From Acidobacteriota bacterium (GTDB lineage Bacteria > Acidobacteriota > UBA6911 > RPQK01 > JAJDTT01), in the NCBI GenBank assembly GCA_965263035.1, contig OZ253580.1, forward strand, positions 1,856,001 to 1,920,000: 64,000 nt of DNA, written 5' to 3'. Shown one piece after another: positions 17,667 to 28,144 of this stretch. The notes beneath the pieces are model-generated. The model searched no databases. It saw only the letters and a program-made list of their open reading frames with translations, and was not told the DNA's origin. The first letter of the stretch is position 1; the number at the start of each line of letters is the position of its first letter. Position numbers and translations under genes: made by a program.

Positions 17667-18824
17667 ATGAAACGACGCTTCCGTGCCCGAAGACTCAGCC
17701 GCCGCGGGATGGTGAACTCAACCCTCCTGGGCTTGGCCGGGATCGGAACGGCGAAGGCATCGCCGTTCCGAGCGCCGGCATCAGCCGGAAGCGAGGAAAC
17801 GGACCACCTCGTCAACATGGACCAGGTGGAGCGCTTCGTCGCCGTCGACAACAAGTGCGCTTGGCCCAACCTGACCCTGATGCCCGACGATTCCATCGTC
17901 GCCACCATCTTCGGGAGTCCCTGCCACGGCTTCTGCGACGGGGCCGCCGAGTGCTGGAAAAGCGACGACGGAGGCCGCATGTGGAGCTTCGTGAGCATAC
18001 CGGCCCCCAACGAACCGGGCACCAACCGCAAGGACTTGGCGGCCGGACTCACGCCCAAGGGCTCCTTCGTGGTCCTCTGCAGCGGCTCCAAGGTGGCCCC
18101 TCCCGATCCGGTCACCCGCATGAGACCCATTCTGCAATCCGTGGTCTGCCGGTCCACGGACGGCCTCAAGACCTGGACCTGCCGGAGCAGCCTGGAACTG
18201 CCTCCCGGCGCGGACCACGTCATCCCCTTCGGCGACATCGCCGCTCTGCCCGGGGGACGGCTCGCCGTGACCGGATATACCGGCGACCACATCCGGACGA
18301 ACACGGCCTGGATCTTCTTCAGCGATGACGACGGACGCACCTGGGGCAACCCCCGCCCCCTGGGGGTGGACGACTTCAACGAGTCGACTCTGCTCGTCAC
18401 CGGAGGAAACCGGCTCCTGGCCGCCACCCGGACCCTGGGGAACAGCCACACCCACATCTCGGTCTCGGAAGACGCCGGACAGACCTGGAGGCATCTGGGA
18501 CCCGCATCCCTTCCGGGACAGATGCCGGCCAATCTCATCCGGTTGCAGAACGGGGGGATCCTCCTCACTTACGGATCCCGGCTGCGGGGAATGTTGGGCG
18601 TCTTCGCCCGCATCAGCCGCGATGAGGGCCTGACCTGGGGGGCGCCGAGGGTGCTCTTCAACACCACGGTGCGCCGGGCGAACACGCGGCCCGGCGGCGT
18701 TGACGGCGGCTACCCCTCCAGCGTGCAGTTGAAAGACGGCACCATCGTCACCGCCTACTACTGCCAGCGGATCCCCATGCATCAGCGCTACCACATGGGG
18801 GTGGTCCGGTGGCGGGTCTCATAG
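17667..18824 (+). CDS. Sialidase/BNR-repeat protein with Tat-like signal
   Basis: SRRGM signal; Asp boxes SDDGGRMW, SDDDGRTW, SEDAGQTW, SRDEGLTW; DGGYPSSV. Confidence 0.85.
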   Translation: MKRRFRARRLSRRGMVNSTLLGLAGIGTAKASPFRAPASAGSEETDHLVNMDQVERFVAVDNKCAWPNLTLMPDDSIVATIFGSPCHGFCDGAAECWKSDDGGRMWSFVSIPAPNEPGTNRKDLAAGLTPKGSFVVLCSGSKVAPPDPVTRMRPILQSVVCRSTDGLKTWTCRSSLELPPGADHVIPFGDIAALPGGRLAVTGYTGDHIRTNTAWIFFSDDDGRTWGNPRPLGVDDFNESTLLVTGGNRLLAATRTLGNSHTHISVSEDAGQTWRHLGPASLPGQMPANLIRLQNGGILLTYGSRLRGMLGVFARISRDEGLTWGAPRVLFNTTVRRANTRPGGVDGGYPSSVQLKDGTIVTAYYCQRIPMHQRYHMGVVRWRVS

Positions 18825-19964
18825 ATCGGCCGGCGCCGCATACGGGCCGCCGGTGGCGCGCAGGGCCATCTTCTCCCGGGTCATTCGGACCGCGTAGCCT
18901 TCCGCCGCGGCGTTGAGCCTGGCCATGGCTGAGGCGGGCAGCTTCAACTCGGTCCCCTTGAGATTCTCCTCGACGTGCTCCGGTTTCTCCCCACCGGCGA
19001 GGACGCTGGTGACCTCAGGATGGGCGGCCACCCAGGCCACACACACCTGGGGCCGGGTCACCCCCAGTTCCCGGGCCACCTCATCCAGAACCTTGACCAT
19101 GTCCATGAGAGCGGACCCTTCAGGAACCTCCCTTCCCGGCACCAGGCTACCCCCACCCAACGGACTGAAGGCCATGAGTCCCAGGTTTCCCCGCCGAATC
19201 AGAGGGAACAGCCCCTCGACGATGAGGCTTCTGCGGTCCCCGGCCACGACGGTGAAGTAGTCCTGGAGCCCGGCCAAGGGCGCTCTGCCGGGTTGATTCC
19301 CCAATTCCAACAGTTCCTCCACCTGCCTCGGCAGGTGATTGGAGACTCCCCAGTACCGGATCTTTCCCGACTCGACCAGGGCGGTCATGGCGGCTGCGAT
19401 TTCCTCCATGTGCGCTTTGGTCGGAGCATCCTGATCGGGCGTTTCTTCATTGGAGGAAGGGGTTTTCCGGTCCGGACTGTGGAGCAGATAGATGTCGATG
19501 TAGTCGGTTCCCAGCCGCTTGAGACTGGCTTCCACCTTGGTTCTCAGGATCGGCTCGGTGAAGGCGATCTTCTCTCCCTCGACCCGGGGATAGGCCTTGG
19601 TAGAGATGACGACCTCGTGCCGGCGGCCCGCAATCCCGTGGCCCAGAGCGATCTCCGACTCGCCTGACCCATAGGCCTCGGCCGTGTCGAAGAAATTGAT
19701 CCCCACGTCGATGCAGTGGCGCAAAAGATCGTGTGCCTCTTTGCTGTCCCCCTCGCGGGACAGATGGGTCCGGAAGGCGGTCCCCTGACACATCTTGGAG
19801 ACCCACAGATCGGTGTGGCCGAATCTCACCAGGTGGGAAGGACGATCGGTAGTCTCGGCCGGAGGCGACGTGGCGCAGCCGACTTTGGACAGACCCAGGA
19901 CTGTCGATCCTGCGGCGGCCCCGAGAGTCGTGAGGAAACGTCTTCGATCCGTGTCTGTCGGCAT
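18819..19964 (-). CDS. Aldo/keto reductase with Tat signal
   Basis: DRRRFL; GINFFDTAEAYG, SLKRLGTDYIDIYLLH, GKIRYWGVSN. Confidence 0.9.
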   Translation of the reverse strand: MPTDTDRRRFLTTLGAAAGSTVLGLSKVGCATSPPAETTDRPSHLVRFGHTDLWVSKMCQGTAFRTHLSREGDSKEAHDLLRHCIDVGINFFDTAEAYGSGESEIALGHGIAGRRHEVVISTKAYPRVEGEKIAFTEPILRTKVEASLKRLGTDYIDIYLLHSPDRKTPSSNEETPDQDAPTKAHMEEIAAAMTALVESGKIRYWGVSNHLPRQVEELLELGNQPGRAPLAGLQDYFTVVAGDRRSLIVEGLFPLIRRGNLGLMAFSPLGGGSLVPGREVPEGSALMDMVKVLDEVARELGVTRPQVCVAWVAAHPEVTSVLAGGEKPEHVEENLKGTELKLPASAMARLNAAAEGYAVRMTREKMALRATGGPYAAPADL

Positions 19965-20008
19965 TGCCAGCTCCGTTGGTAGTCGGCGGCAGGAGGCGCC
20001 GCGGACGC

Positions 20009-21451
20009 TCACGCGATGATGTCGTGGACCACCTTCCCATGCACGTCGGTCAGGCGGAAGTCCCGGCCCGAATACCGGTAGGTGAGCCGCTCATGGTCGA
20101 GCCCCATGAGATGGAGGATGGTGGCATGGAGGTCGTGGACGTGCACCCGGTTCTCCACCGCCGTGAGCCCGAACTGGTCGGTGGCGCCGTAGCTGAAGCC
20201 CCCCTTGACGCCGCCGCCGGCCATCCAGACGGTGAAACCGTAATGGTCGTGGTCCCGTCCCTTCTGGCCCTCCGAGGTGGGCGCCCGGCCGAACTCGCCG
20301 CCCCAGATCACCAGGGTCTCGTCCAGCATGCCCCGCTGTTTCAGATCCTTGATCAGGGCCGCGATCCCCCGGTCGCAGGCATCGGCCAGCGCCTTGTGTC
20401 CACCGGCGATGTCGTTGTGCCCCGTGTCCCAGGCGATGTCATAGTGATCGATGGAGTGGGACACCTGAACCATCCGTACTCCGCGCTCCACCAGCCGCCG
20501 GGCCAGCAGACACCCCTTGGCATATTCGCTGTCACCGTAGAGTTCCAGCGTGGCTTTGCTCTCCTGCGAGAGATCGAAGGCCTCGGGCGCCGCGAACTGC
20601 ATGCGGAAGGCCATCTCCATGGCCTGAATGCTGCTTTCCAGGTGGTGGTCCTGCTGCTGCCGCTCCAGGTCGAGGCGGTTGAGGCGGGTCAGGAGATCGA
20701 TCTGCCGCCGCTGTTCTGTCCGGGGCAGCCAGTTGTTCTTGAGATCGCTCAAGATTCGGTCCGGCTTCATCTCGTGCAGGTTCACGTAGGTTCCGGCATA
20801 GGCCCCGGGGAGGAAGGAGTTCCCCCAGTTCGCCAGCTTGCCGCGCGGCTGGCCTCGAGGGCTCATGGCCACGAACCCCGGCAGATCCTGATTATCGGAA
20901 CCCAGTCCGTAGACCAGCCAGGAACCCATGCTGGGCCGGCTCGGCTGCAGGTGGCCCAGGTTCATCATCAGGATGGCGCCGGCGTGCTCCGGGATGTCCG
21001 TGTGCATGGAATGGATGAAGCAGATGTCGTCGACGCACTCACCCACATGGGGAAAGATTTCGCTGACCCACTTGCCGCACTCGCCGTACTGCTTGAACCC
21101 GAAGGGAGAGGGGAAGAGCCCGTTCTTGGTATTCCGAAGGGACTTCCGGTCAACGATTTCGGGGCGCTTTCCCTGGTATTTCCGGATCTCGGGTTTGTAG
21201 TCGAAGGTGTCGACCTGGGAGGGTCCGCCGGGCATGAAAAGTTGGATCACGCGCTTGGCCCGGGGAGCGAAGTGGGGAGCCTTGGGGGCCAAATGCGAAC
21301 CCTTCGCCGCAAGGGTCGCCCCCGAAACCCGGGTCCCCAGACCGCCGTCCTCGGCCAGGACACCGGCGAGTCCCAGGACGCCGAATCCCGCGCCCAGCCG
21401 GTGCAGCATGTCACGTCGATCGAATGGCGGTGGTTGCGGCAGATGGAACAA
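20009..21451 (-). CDS. DUF1501 domain protein
   Basis: AKRVIQLFMPGGPSQVDTFDYKP, WGGEFGRAP, GRDH, HDLHATILHLMG. Confidence 0.92.
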   Translation of the reverse strand: MFHLPQPPPFDRRDMLHRLGAGFGVLGLAGVLAEDGGLGTRVSGATLAAKGSHLAPKAPHFAPRAKRVIQLFMPGGPSQVDTFDYKPEIRKYQGKRPEIVDRKSLRNTKNGLFPSPFGFKQYGECGKWVSEIFPHVGECVDDICFIHSMHTDIPEHAGAILMMNLGHLQPSRPSMGSWLVYGLGSDNQDLPGFVAMSPRGQPRGKLANWGNSFLPGAYAGTYVNLHEMKPDRILSDLKNNWLPRTEQRRQIDLLTRLNRLDLERQQQDHHLESSIQAMEMAFRMQFAAPEAFDLSQESKATLELYGDSEYAKGCLLARRLVERGVRMVQVSHSIDHYDIAWDTGHNDIAGGHKALADACDRGIAALIKDLKQRGMLDETLVIWGGEFGRAPTSEGQKGRDHDHYGFTVWMAGGGVKGGFSYGATDQFGLTAVENRVHVHDLHATILHLMGLDHERLTYRYSGRDFRLTDVHGKVVHDIIA

Positions 21452-21522
21452 GGTTCGAAACTCCTGAATGCTTGGCGCCTATTGTTGCACGATCCTGGCC
21501 TCGCCGGAAGAGGACGGACAGT

Positions 21523-23883
21523 TTACCGAACGTACATGAACTCGTTGGAACTCATGAGCACCTGGCCGTAACGCTCCCAGGGGGTCAGCTCCGAACCTGA
21601 CGAAGACTCGGCCCGCAAGAACCGAAGGCCCAAGCGGGTTTCCTCCTCGCTCGGGGACCGGCCGAACAGGAGACGGTAGGCGCGCCCGATTCTCTCCGAG
21701 TCATCGTCGGAGTCGTTTTCGAGCCTCTTGGAGAGCGCCTTGGCCCGATCCACCATGAAGGGGCTGTTCATCAGAAAGAGAAACTGTTGCGGCACGATAC
21801 TGGTGCCCCGCTCGGGGACGGTGGCCCGCATGATGGGAAAATCGAACAGCCGCAGGAACTGATCGGAGCCGGACTGGTCGCCGTTGCGGCTGACCTTGGC
21901 GTAGAGCGTACGCCGCCGGCTGCCGGTGATGTCGTCCACCGGTGGACCACCCATCTCCAGGTCCAATTCCCGAGTCACGGCCAGAAGGGAGTCCCGCCAC
22001 GACTCCACGTCCATTCTCCGGGGGTTCATGCGCCAGAGCAGCTCGTTGTCGCTGTCGACGGCAAAGGCCCGAGCATCGAACCGGCTGCTCATCTGATAGG
22101 TGGCCGAAGTCATGATCAGACGGTGCAGCGACTTGAGCGACCAACCCGACTCCATGAAGCCGGCAGCCAGCCAGTTCAGCATCTCCTCATGGGTCGGTTC
22201 CCGGCCCAGCGTTCCAAAGTTCCCGGGCGACCGGACCAGCGCCTTGCCGAAATGATGCATCCAGACCCGATTGACCATCACCCGTGCCGTCAGGGGGTTG
22301 GCCGAGCTGGCGACGGCCTCGGCCAACTCGATGCGCCCGCTTCCGTGGGTGAACCGGGGCGTATCCACACCGGTAAGGACCCTCAGGAAACGCCGCGGCG
22401 CCATATCCCCCGGTTTTCGAAGGTTTCCGCGAGTGGCCACGGGCATGTCCTGGTTCCCGGTCTCGGCCAGAACATGGGCAAAATCGTACTTGGGCGGCGT
22501 GCCTTCCTTGAGTTTTTCGACCTCCGCCTTCCACTGCTTGACCAGTTCCTCCTCTTCGGCTGACAGCTTCCGCTTCTCTTCCCGGGCCCGAGCCCGGAGG
22601 TCCCCCTCTCTCTTCTGTGCCGCCTTGATCTTTTCCTGGTAGTCGTCATAGGCCTCGACCACGCCCTCCGGAACCAGCGGCAGCTCACCGCTCATGGTGT
22701 TGTCGAAGATCCCGGCCAGGGAGTAGTAGTCCTGCTGGGGAATGGGATCGAACTTGTGGTCGTGACAACGGGCGCAGGAGACCGTGACGGCCATGAAGCC
22801 GCGAGTCAGAGTGTCGATCCGGTCGTCCAGGGTCTCGCCTCTGGCCTGGGCCACACTGTCGGGATCACCGCCATCGGACGAATAGTAGGGTCCCAGGGCG
22901 AAGAATCCGGTGGCCACGGCGTCTTCGGTGTCGCCCACCAGGTCACCGCTGATCTGAAGCCTGACGAAACGGTCATAGGGCAGATCTTGGTTGAAGGCGG
23001 AAACGACCCAATCCCGGTAGCGCCAAGCTTGGGTCAGTTCCCGGTTCCGCCGATCCAGAAATCCGCCGAACCCGTCGCTGTACCGGGCCACGTCCAGCCA
23101 ATGTCGAGCCCAACGTTCGCCGTAGCGGACGGAGCCGAGAAGCTCAGTGATCTTCTGCTCCACGGCTCCTTGCGGATCTCGCCGGGCCGCTTCCACGAAC
23201 TCAGCCGCCTCGTCCGGAGTCGGCGGCAGTCCCACCAGATCCAGGTGCATTCTTCGGACCAGGGCTCCCGGGTCCGCCGGCGGAGCCATTTCAAGACCCA
23301 GCGATTCCAGCTTCGCCAGGACGAAGGAGTCGATGGGATTCCGTACCCGCGACTCGGCCGATACCTTCGGCGGCGGCGGCTTTCGGACCGGTTCCCAGGC
23401 CCAGTGACCGGCGCGGATCTTCTCCCAGTCCGGCTCATCACCTTCGGAAGCCGGCGGGGATGCGGCCGCCTGTGCCTCCGGCCAGGGTGCACCCAGCCGG
23501 ACCCACTCCACCAAGTCGGCGACCTCACGCTCCTTGAGCTTTCCACCGGGCGGCATCTGTATCGAATCTCCCCGAACCGCTCGGATCAGCAGACTCTCAT
23601 CGGGGCGGTGAGGAATGATGGCGGGTCCCCGATTGCCCCCCTTCAACAGTCCCGCCCGTTTATCGAGTCTCAGATTCCCCTGCGGTTGGTCGATTGCGGC
23701 CCCATGGCAGGCGAAACAGTGTTTCGACAGGAGAGGCCGCACCCGGCGCTCGAAAAACTCCAGCCGGGATGGCTCTTCCGTCTGGGCGGCCAAGCTGACG
23801 CCCGAGCCGATCCAGGACGTTCCCAGGACGGACCAAGCGAACAGGAACTGGATACAGGAGTGTCTCAGCCCCAGTAAGACCAT
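21523..23883 (-). CDS. PSD1/planctomycete cytochrome c protein (PSCyt1 + DUF1549 + DUF1553)
   Basis: CFACH, HWAW, YGERWARHWLDVARY, CARCHDHKFD, ARVMVNRVW, EFMYV. Confidence 0.92.
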   Translation of the reverse strand: MVLLGLRHSCIQFLFAWSVLGTSWIGSGVSLAAQTEEPSRLEFFERRVRPLLSKHCFACHGAAIDQPQGNLRLDKRAGLLKGGNRGPAIIPHRPDESLLIRAVRGDSIQMPPGGKLKEREVADLVEWVRLGAPWPEAQAAASPPASEGDEPDWEKIRAGHWAWEPVRKPPPPKVSAESRVRNPIDSFVLAKLESLGLEMAPPADPGALVRRMHLDLVGLPPTPDEAAEFVEAARRDPQGAVEQKITELLGSVRYGERWARHWLDVARYSDGFGGFLDRRNRELTQAWRYRDWVVSAFNQDLPYDRFVRLQISGDLVGDTEDAVATGFFALGPYYSSDGGDPDSVAQARGETLDDRIDTLTRGFMAVTVSCARCHDHKFDPIPQQDYYSLAGIFDNTMSGELPLVPEGVVEAYDDYQEKIKAAQKREGDLRARAREEKRKLSAEEEELVKQWKAEVEKLKEGTPPKYDFAHVLAETGNQDMPVATRGNLRKPGDMAPRRFLRVLTGVDTPRFTHGSGRIELAEAVASSANPLTARVMVNRVWMHHFGKALVRSPGNFGTLGREPTHEEMLNWLAAGFMESGWSLKSLHRLIMTSATYQMSSRFDARAFAVDSDNELLWRMNPRRMDVESWRDSLLAVTRELDLEMGGPPVDDITGSRRRTLYAKVSRNGDQSGSDQFLRLFDFPIMRATVPERGTSIVPQQFLFLMNSPFMVDRAKALSKRLENDSDDDSERIGRAYRLLFGRSPSEEETRLGLRFLRAESSSGSELTPWERYGQVLMSSNEFMYVR

Positions 23884-23914
23884 GTTTCTCGTCGTAGGCT
23901 TCGACCGGGCTACG

Positions 23915-26900
23915 CTAGAACTCGTAGCGCAGACCGAACTGCATCACCCGCGGTGGAATCATCACCTGAGAGTAGTTGCCGAAGCTCCCAGGGAAGACGA
24001 AGGAGAGGGTTTCCCATGCGTTGGCGTTGAACCGGACGCTGTTGGTCAGGTTGAATACCTCGGCCCGAAACTGAACGCTGTGACCCTCGAATGGCATCGG
24101 AAAGCGCTTTCCGAGCGCCATGTCGATGGAGAAAATCCCGTCCCCGCGCAGGTTGTTGCGTTGCCCGACTTCGCCGGGCAGAACCTGCCTGAACGAAGCC
24201 AGGGCCGCTGCCGGATCGCTGAAGACGTTCGGTCCACTGCCCCCTCCGATCAGCCTCGCGTTCTTCGTGTTCGTCTGCTCCGGCACCTGTCCGTCGGTTT
24301 CGGCAAAGTGTTGGTAGCAGTAGCAGGTCGGCCACGCCAGACCGTTCAGCACACTGAGGGGCAGGCCCGACGTCACGCGCATCAGGCCGCTGACCTGCCA
24401 GCCGCCGAGCAGGGCCTGGCCCGCCGGCCCCAGGTCGGGAAGGAGGGCCTTCCCTCGGCCGACGGGCAACTCGGCCACCCAGTTGGCGTTCCATTGGTGG
24501 CGCATATCGAAGTCGGAAACGGCCCGCTGCGCCTCCCGGTCCCAGGAGTTGATGACGCTGAATGCCGACCAGTAGGTGTCGCCCGGAATCTGACCGAACC
24601 GTTGACCCTGGGTGCGACGGGCGCTGACGGACACCAGGTCCGTGGACTTGGACAACGTATAGTTCAGGTGGAACTGGAACCCCTTGGAGAAGGCTTTGCG
24701 CAACGACACCTGCATCGAATGATAGGTCGAGGTTCCGAAAGACCGGAGTGCATCGAAGGCCCAGAACTGGGGATTCATGAATGCACCCGGCCCCAGATCG
24801 CTACAGAACGGGGAGCAGGCATAGTCAATATAGTAGAGCGATGTGCCGGTATCGGGACTGCCGGACCGGATGACGTCGTAGACGCGCTGAGTCGCGGTTG
24901 CGTCCGGAGTGGCGGCTCCGGAATAGAGGCTTTCCCAGAACGCGATGGGCTGCACGGCCCCGGTCGGCGTCCCGCTCCGCGCCATGAGTTCGAGGTCCTG
25001 GAGCGCGTCCAGCAGATATCCGCCGGACACCGGATCCTTGAAGTTGGCGTACTGGGCTGAGGCGGTGTCGTTGACGAGCAGTCTGCGACCAAGTCGGCCG
25101 ACATAGCCGATCTCGATCAAATATCCTCCGTCCAACTCACGGGCCAGAGAAAAGGTGGGATTGATACTGTACGGTGGCACCACGCTGGAGTCGACACCCT
25201 GGCTCCATCCCAGTCCCATGGGGTTGGGGGTACCAGGTCCGCCTGGCGGAGGAGGCAGAATCCCTGCCGCTGGGAGATTCGAAAGCCCGGCGAAGCGAGG
25301 TGACGCCGCCACAGTGGAGATCTGGTTGGTCACCTTGCTGGTGAGGCCGAACGCATTCCGGTCGAGCATCTGCATCATGCCCATCCCGAAGCTGCTGTAG
25401 AAGATACCCGCCCCGGCCCGGATCGACGTCCTCCCCGGGCCGCCGAACAGCTTGCCCAAGAAACCATCCCCGAAATCCGGCGAGAAGGCCACGGCAAGCC
25501 GAGGCGAGAAATTCTTGTAGTGGGTGGCCCACAGCGGACCGCCTTGCGGGTCGTCCACTCCCACGAAGCCGATCGGCCCAGCATCGCGCGTGGGCCGGCC
25601 GCTCGCCGCCAGGTCCAGACGGTGGGCGATGTACTGGTCGAGACCCGGCGTGATGCTGACCTGCAGTCCATTCACCTCCCGTACCGGCGGCATGATCGAC
25701 CAACGCAGGCCAGCCGTGACCGTCAGGCCCGGTTGGACGCGCCAAGTGTCCTGGAGGTAGAGCTCGAATTGTTCCGCCCCGAAAGTTCGGCTGACAGGAT
25801 CTCCCAGCGACAAAGGATTGCCGGCCAGGTCGTAATTGTAATTCGCATCGAAGAAGTTGAGGACCCCGAGGGCAGTCGCCATCGTCTCCCGGTAAATTCC
25901 CGGGTTGGCCGGCGCCACGGCGAGTGGCCCGTCGAATACCGTGGGGGCGTCGAACAATGCCCACGCGGCCTGCTTCGCAAAATGAAAGCTGTTGCCGTAG
26001 CTCAAACGTTGGTTCCGTGTTGAGAAGAATACTCCGCCGAACTGCAGGGTGTGCGATCCACGTATAACGGAGAAGTCTCCCGCCACAGTCTGCGTCGGCA
26101 AATAGGTGTCCCTGGGCGTCGTCGAACCCTCCATATCGTCGATGATGCTATCTCCGAGACTTGCCCTGGATTCCGTCTGAACGCCCGAAATGACCAACTT
26201 CTGGCCAGTGAATCCATAGCGGAACGTGCCCAGGACGTTGGTCCCGAACGTGCCGTCGTATCCGACTGCCCACCCGCGGCTGGTGTCCGCGGTCTCCCGG
26301 TTCGGGGGCTGGCCGGGAAACTGGGGCACGCTTGAGATGCTGTCGTTCTGGTAGTTGGTGCGCAGGAACATGCGGTGCCCACCGTTCCGATCCAAGTTCC
26401 AATCCAGCTTCGAGATGAACGTGTTCCAGACCAGGGGAGTCGAGGCCGCGAACCGGAATCCAGCCGTGTTCAGACCGTCTCCGACGGTGGAGTCGTTGGG
26501 TTCCGGAAAGGAACTGAAGTACTGGAGGGTGGCAGGATTGGGACCGGTCCCCAGTGGATCGATCCGGCTACTGATGAATTCCGGGCTCAGCGTCTGTATT
26601 TCCCCGCTGGCGCTCCTGTAGCGGACGAATCCATCGCGCATCGATGCCGTCGGAACTCGGCGCACCGCGCTGCCCTCGCTGGCGTCCCGGCGGCCTTCGT
26701 AGTTGACGAAATAGAAGAAACGATCATTCTTGACGGGACCGCCGACCGAGGCTCCGAAGACATTTCGGATGAGCTTCGGACGATCGACGCCGGCCCTGTT
26801 GTTGAAGAAATCATTCGCCGCCGTAACCGTGTTCCGGTGGTATTCGTAGAGCGATCCATGGATCTCGTTGGACCCGCTCTTCGTCACCAGCGACACCTGC

Positions 26901-27625
26901 GCGCCCGACGAGCGGCCCTGGTCGGCATTCGCCGTGGTCGTCACGACGCGGAATTCCTGGATCGAATCCAGCGTGTTGCGAAGGACGCTGGTGAAGGGCA
27001 GGCGTCCGTCCTGGTCGTTCACGTCGACCCCGTCCAGCGTCACGTTCGACTGGTCGCTCTGGGCTCCGTTGACGGAACCGTTCCTGATATCTCCCGACAA
27101 TTGGGCGTCCAGCGGGTCCGCGGTAAGGAACGTGACACCCGCCTGCAGCGAGAGCAGGCCGGCCGGGTTTCGCGCATTCAACGGCAATTGACCGATCGGC
27201 TTGGTTCCGAACGCGTTTCCGACCGATGCATCGGTAGTGTTCAACTGTCTGGCCGCTGCGGACACCGTGATGGATTCCTCGAGCGCCTCGACGTCGAATC
27301 TCACGGGAATCTCGACCTTGGTGTTGACGAGCAACGTGACACCTTGAATAGTCACCGATTTGAAGCCCGGCTGAGACGCTGACAGCGTGTAGGAACCGGG
27401 TGGGAGCTGGGCAAAGACGTAAAGCCCCTCGTCGCTCGACAATACGGTTCGCAGGAGACCGTTCGCCTCGTTGGTGACGGTGACCTCCGCACCAGGCAGG
27501 ACGCCCCCGGTCTCGTCAGTGACCACCCCGCTCAGACTGCTTGACTGAGCGTAGGAATATGGAGCGGCGACGAGGATCGTCACCAGGAAGGCCAGGAACG
27601 GAGAGTAGACGTGCAATGGTTTCAT
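23915..27625 (-). CDS. Oar-like TonB-dependent receptor with carboxypeptidase-regulatory-like N-domain
   Basis: GVVTDETGGVLPGA, LPLNARN, KSGSNEIHG, FRAEVFNLTN, PRVMQFGLRYEF; start after AGGAG. Confidence 0.92.
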   Translation of the reverse strand: MKPLHVYSPFLAFLVTILVAAPYSYAQSSSLSGVVTDETGGVLPGAEVTVTNEANGLLRTVLSSDEGLYVFAQLPPGSYTLSASQPGFKSVTIQGVTLLVNTKVEIPVRFDVEALEESITVSAAARQLNTTDASVGNAFGTKPIGQLPLNARNPAGLLSLQAGVTFLTADPLDAQLSGDIRNGSVNGAQSDQSNVTLDGVDVNDQDGRLPFTSVLRNTLDSIQEFRVVTTTANADQGRSSGAQVSLVTKSGSNEIHGSLYEYHRNTVTAANDFFNNRAGVDRPKLIRNVFGASVGGPVKNDRFFYFVNYEGRRDASEGSAVRRVPTASMRDGFVRYRSASGEIQTLSPEFISSRIDPLGTGPNPATLQYFSSFPEPNDSTVGDGLNTAGFRFAASTPLVWNTFISKLDWNLDRNGGHRMFLRTNYQNDSISSVPQFPGQPPNRETADTSRGWAVGYDGTFGTNVLGTFRYGFTGQKLVISGVQTESRASLGDSIIDDMEGSTTPRDTYLPTQTVAGDFSVIRGSHTLQFGGVFFSTRNQRLSYGNSFHFAKQAAWALFDAPTVFDGPLAVAPANPGIYRETMATALGVLNFFDANYNYDLAGNPLSLGDPVSRTFGAEQFELYLQDTWRVQPGLTVTAGLRWSIMPPVREVNGLQVSITPGLDQYIAHRLDLAASGRPTRDAGPIGFVGVDDPQGGPLWATHYKNFSPRLAVAFSPDFGDGFLGKLFGGPGRTSIRAGAGIFYSSFGMGMMQMLDRNAFGLTSKVTNQISTVAASPRFAGLSNLPAAGILPPPPGGPGTPNPMGLGWSQGVDSSVVPPYSINPTFSLARELDGGYLIEIGYVGRLGRRLLVNDTASAQYANFKDPVSGGYLLDALQDLELMARSGTPTGAVQPIAFWESLYSGAATPDATATQRVYDVIRSGSPDTGTSLYYIDYACSPFCSDLGPGAFMNPQFWAFDALRSFGTSTYHSMQVSLRKAFSKGFQFHLNYTLSKSTDLVSVSARRTQGQRFGQIPGDTYWSAFSVINSWDREAQRAVSDFDMRHQWNANWVAELPVGRGKALLPDLGPAGQALLGGWQVSGLMRVTSGLPLSVLNGLAWPTCYCYQHFAETDGQVPEQTNTKNARLIGGGSGPNVFSDPAAALASFRQVLPGEVGQRNNLRGDGIFSIDMALGKRFPMPFEGHSVQFRAEVFNLTNSVRFNANAWETLSFVFPGSFGNYSQVMIPPRVMQFGLRYEF

Positions 27626-28144
27626 CGTGTGATTTCTCCTCACCAAGGCCGACGCCGGGACTGTCCCGGCATTTTTCTCCCTTTGATTGGCAGATCGATG
27701 GAGACTCGGATGAAATAATTCGAAAGAGAAATCATTTCCAAAAGATCCGGACACGCGACCACGCTTGATTGCGTCGAATTCCAGCTTCGCGGTGATACCG
27801 GCAATGGAAGCTCCCGGTTGGAACTGGGAGTGGCACAGCTTCCAATCTTTGCCTGCCGTGAAGGCCCGCCCAAGCTGGGTGAAGAAATTTTAACTCTTTG
27901 TGGCCGGTTGGCGCCCCCCCTGCTACAAGTTGCGATCTTCGCGACATGGAGCGCGATCTTATGTACCCCGAGGATAACAGACTGTGACCAATGGTTCACA
28001 CGGGGACGAATCTGGAGTTCGGGATCGGTTCGACGCCGGTGAGACCTCATTCAGAATTCCAATCCGGCAATTCGGGACACACTGTACGAAGATGAAATCC
28101 GCCGTCGGTCGTACCCCATGCGACTCCGAAAGAGAGGATAACCG

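Noticed and set aside
27983-28000. TGTGA-N8-TCACA palindrome as a CRP site
   Set aside because: Spacer is 8, not 6; may be another operator but cannot be supported
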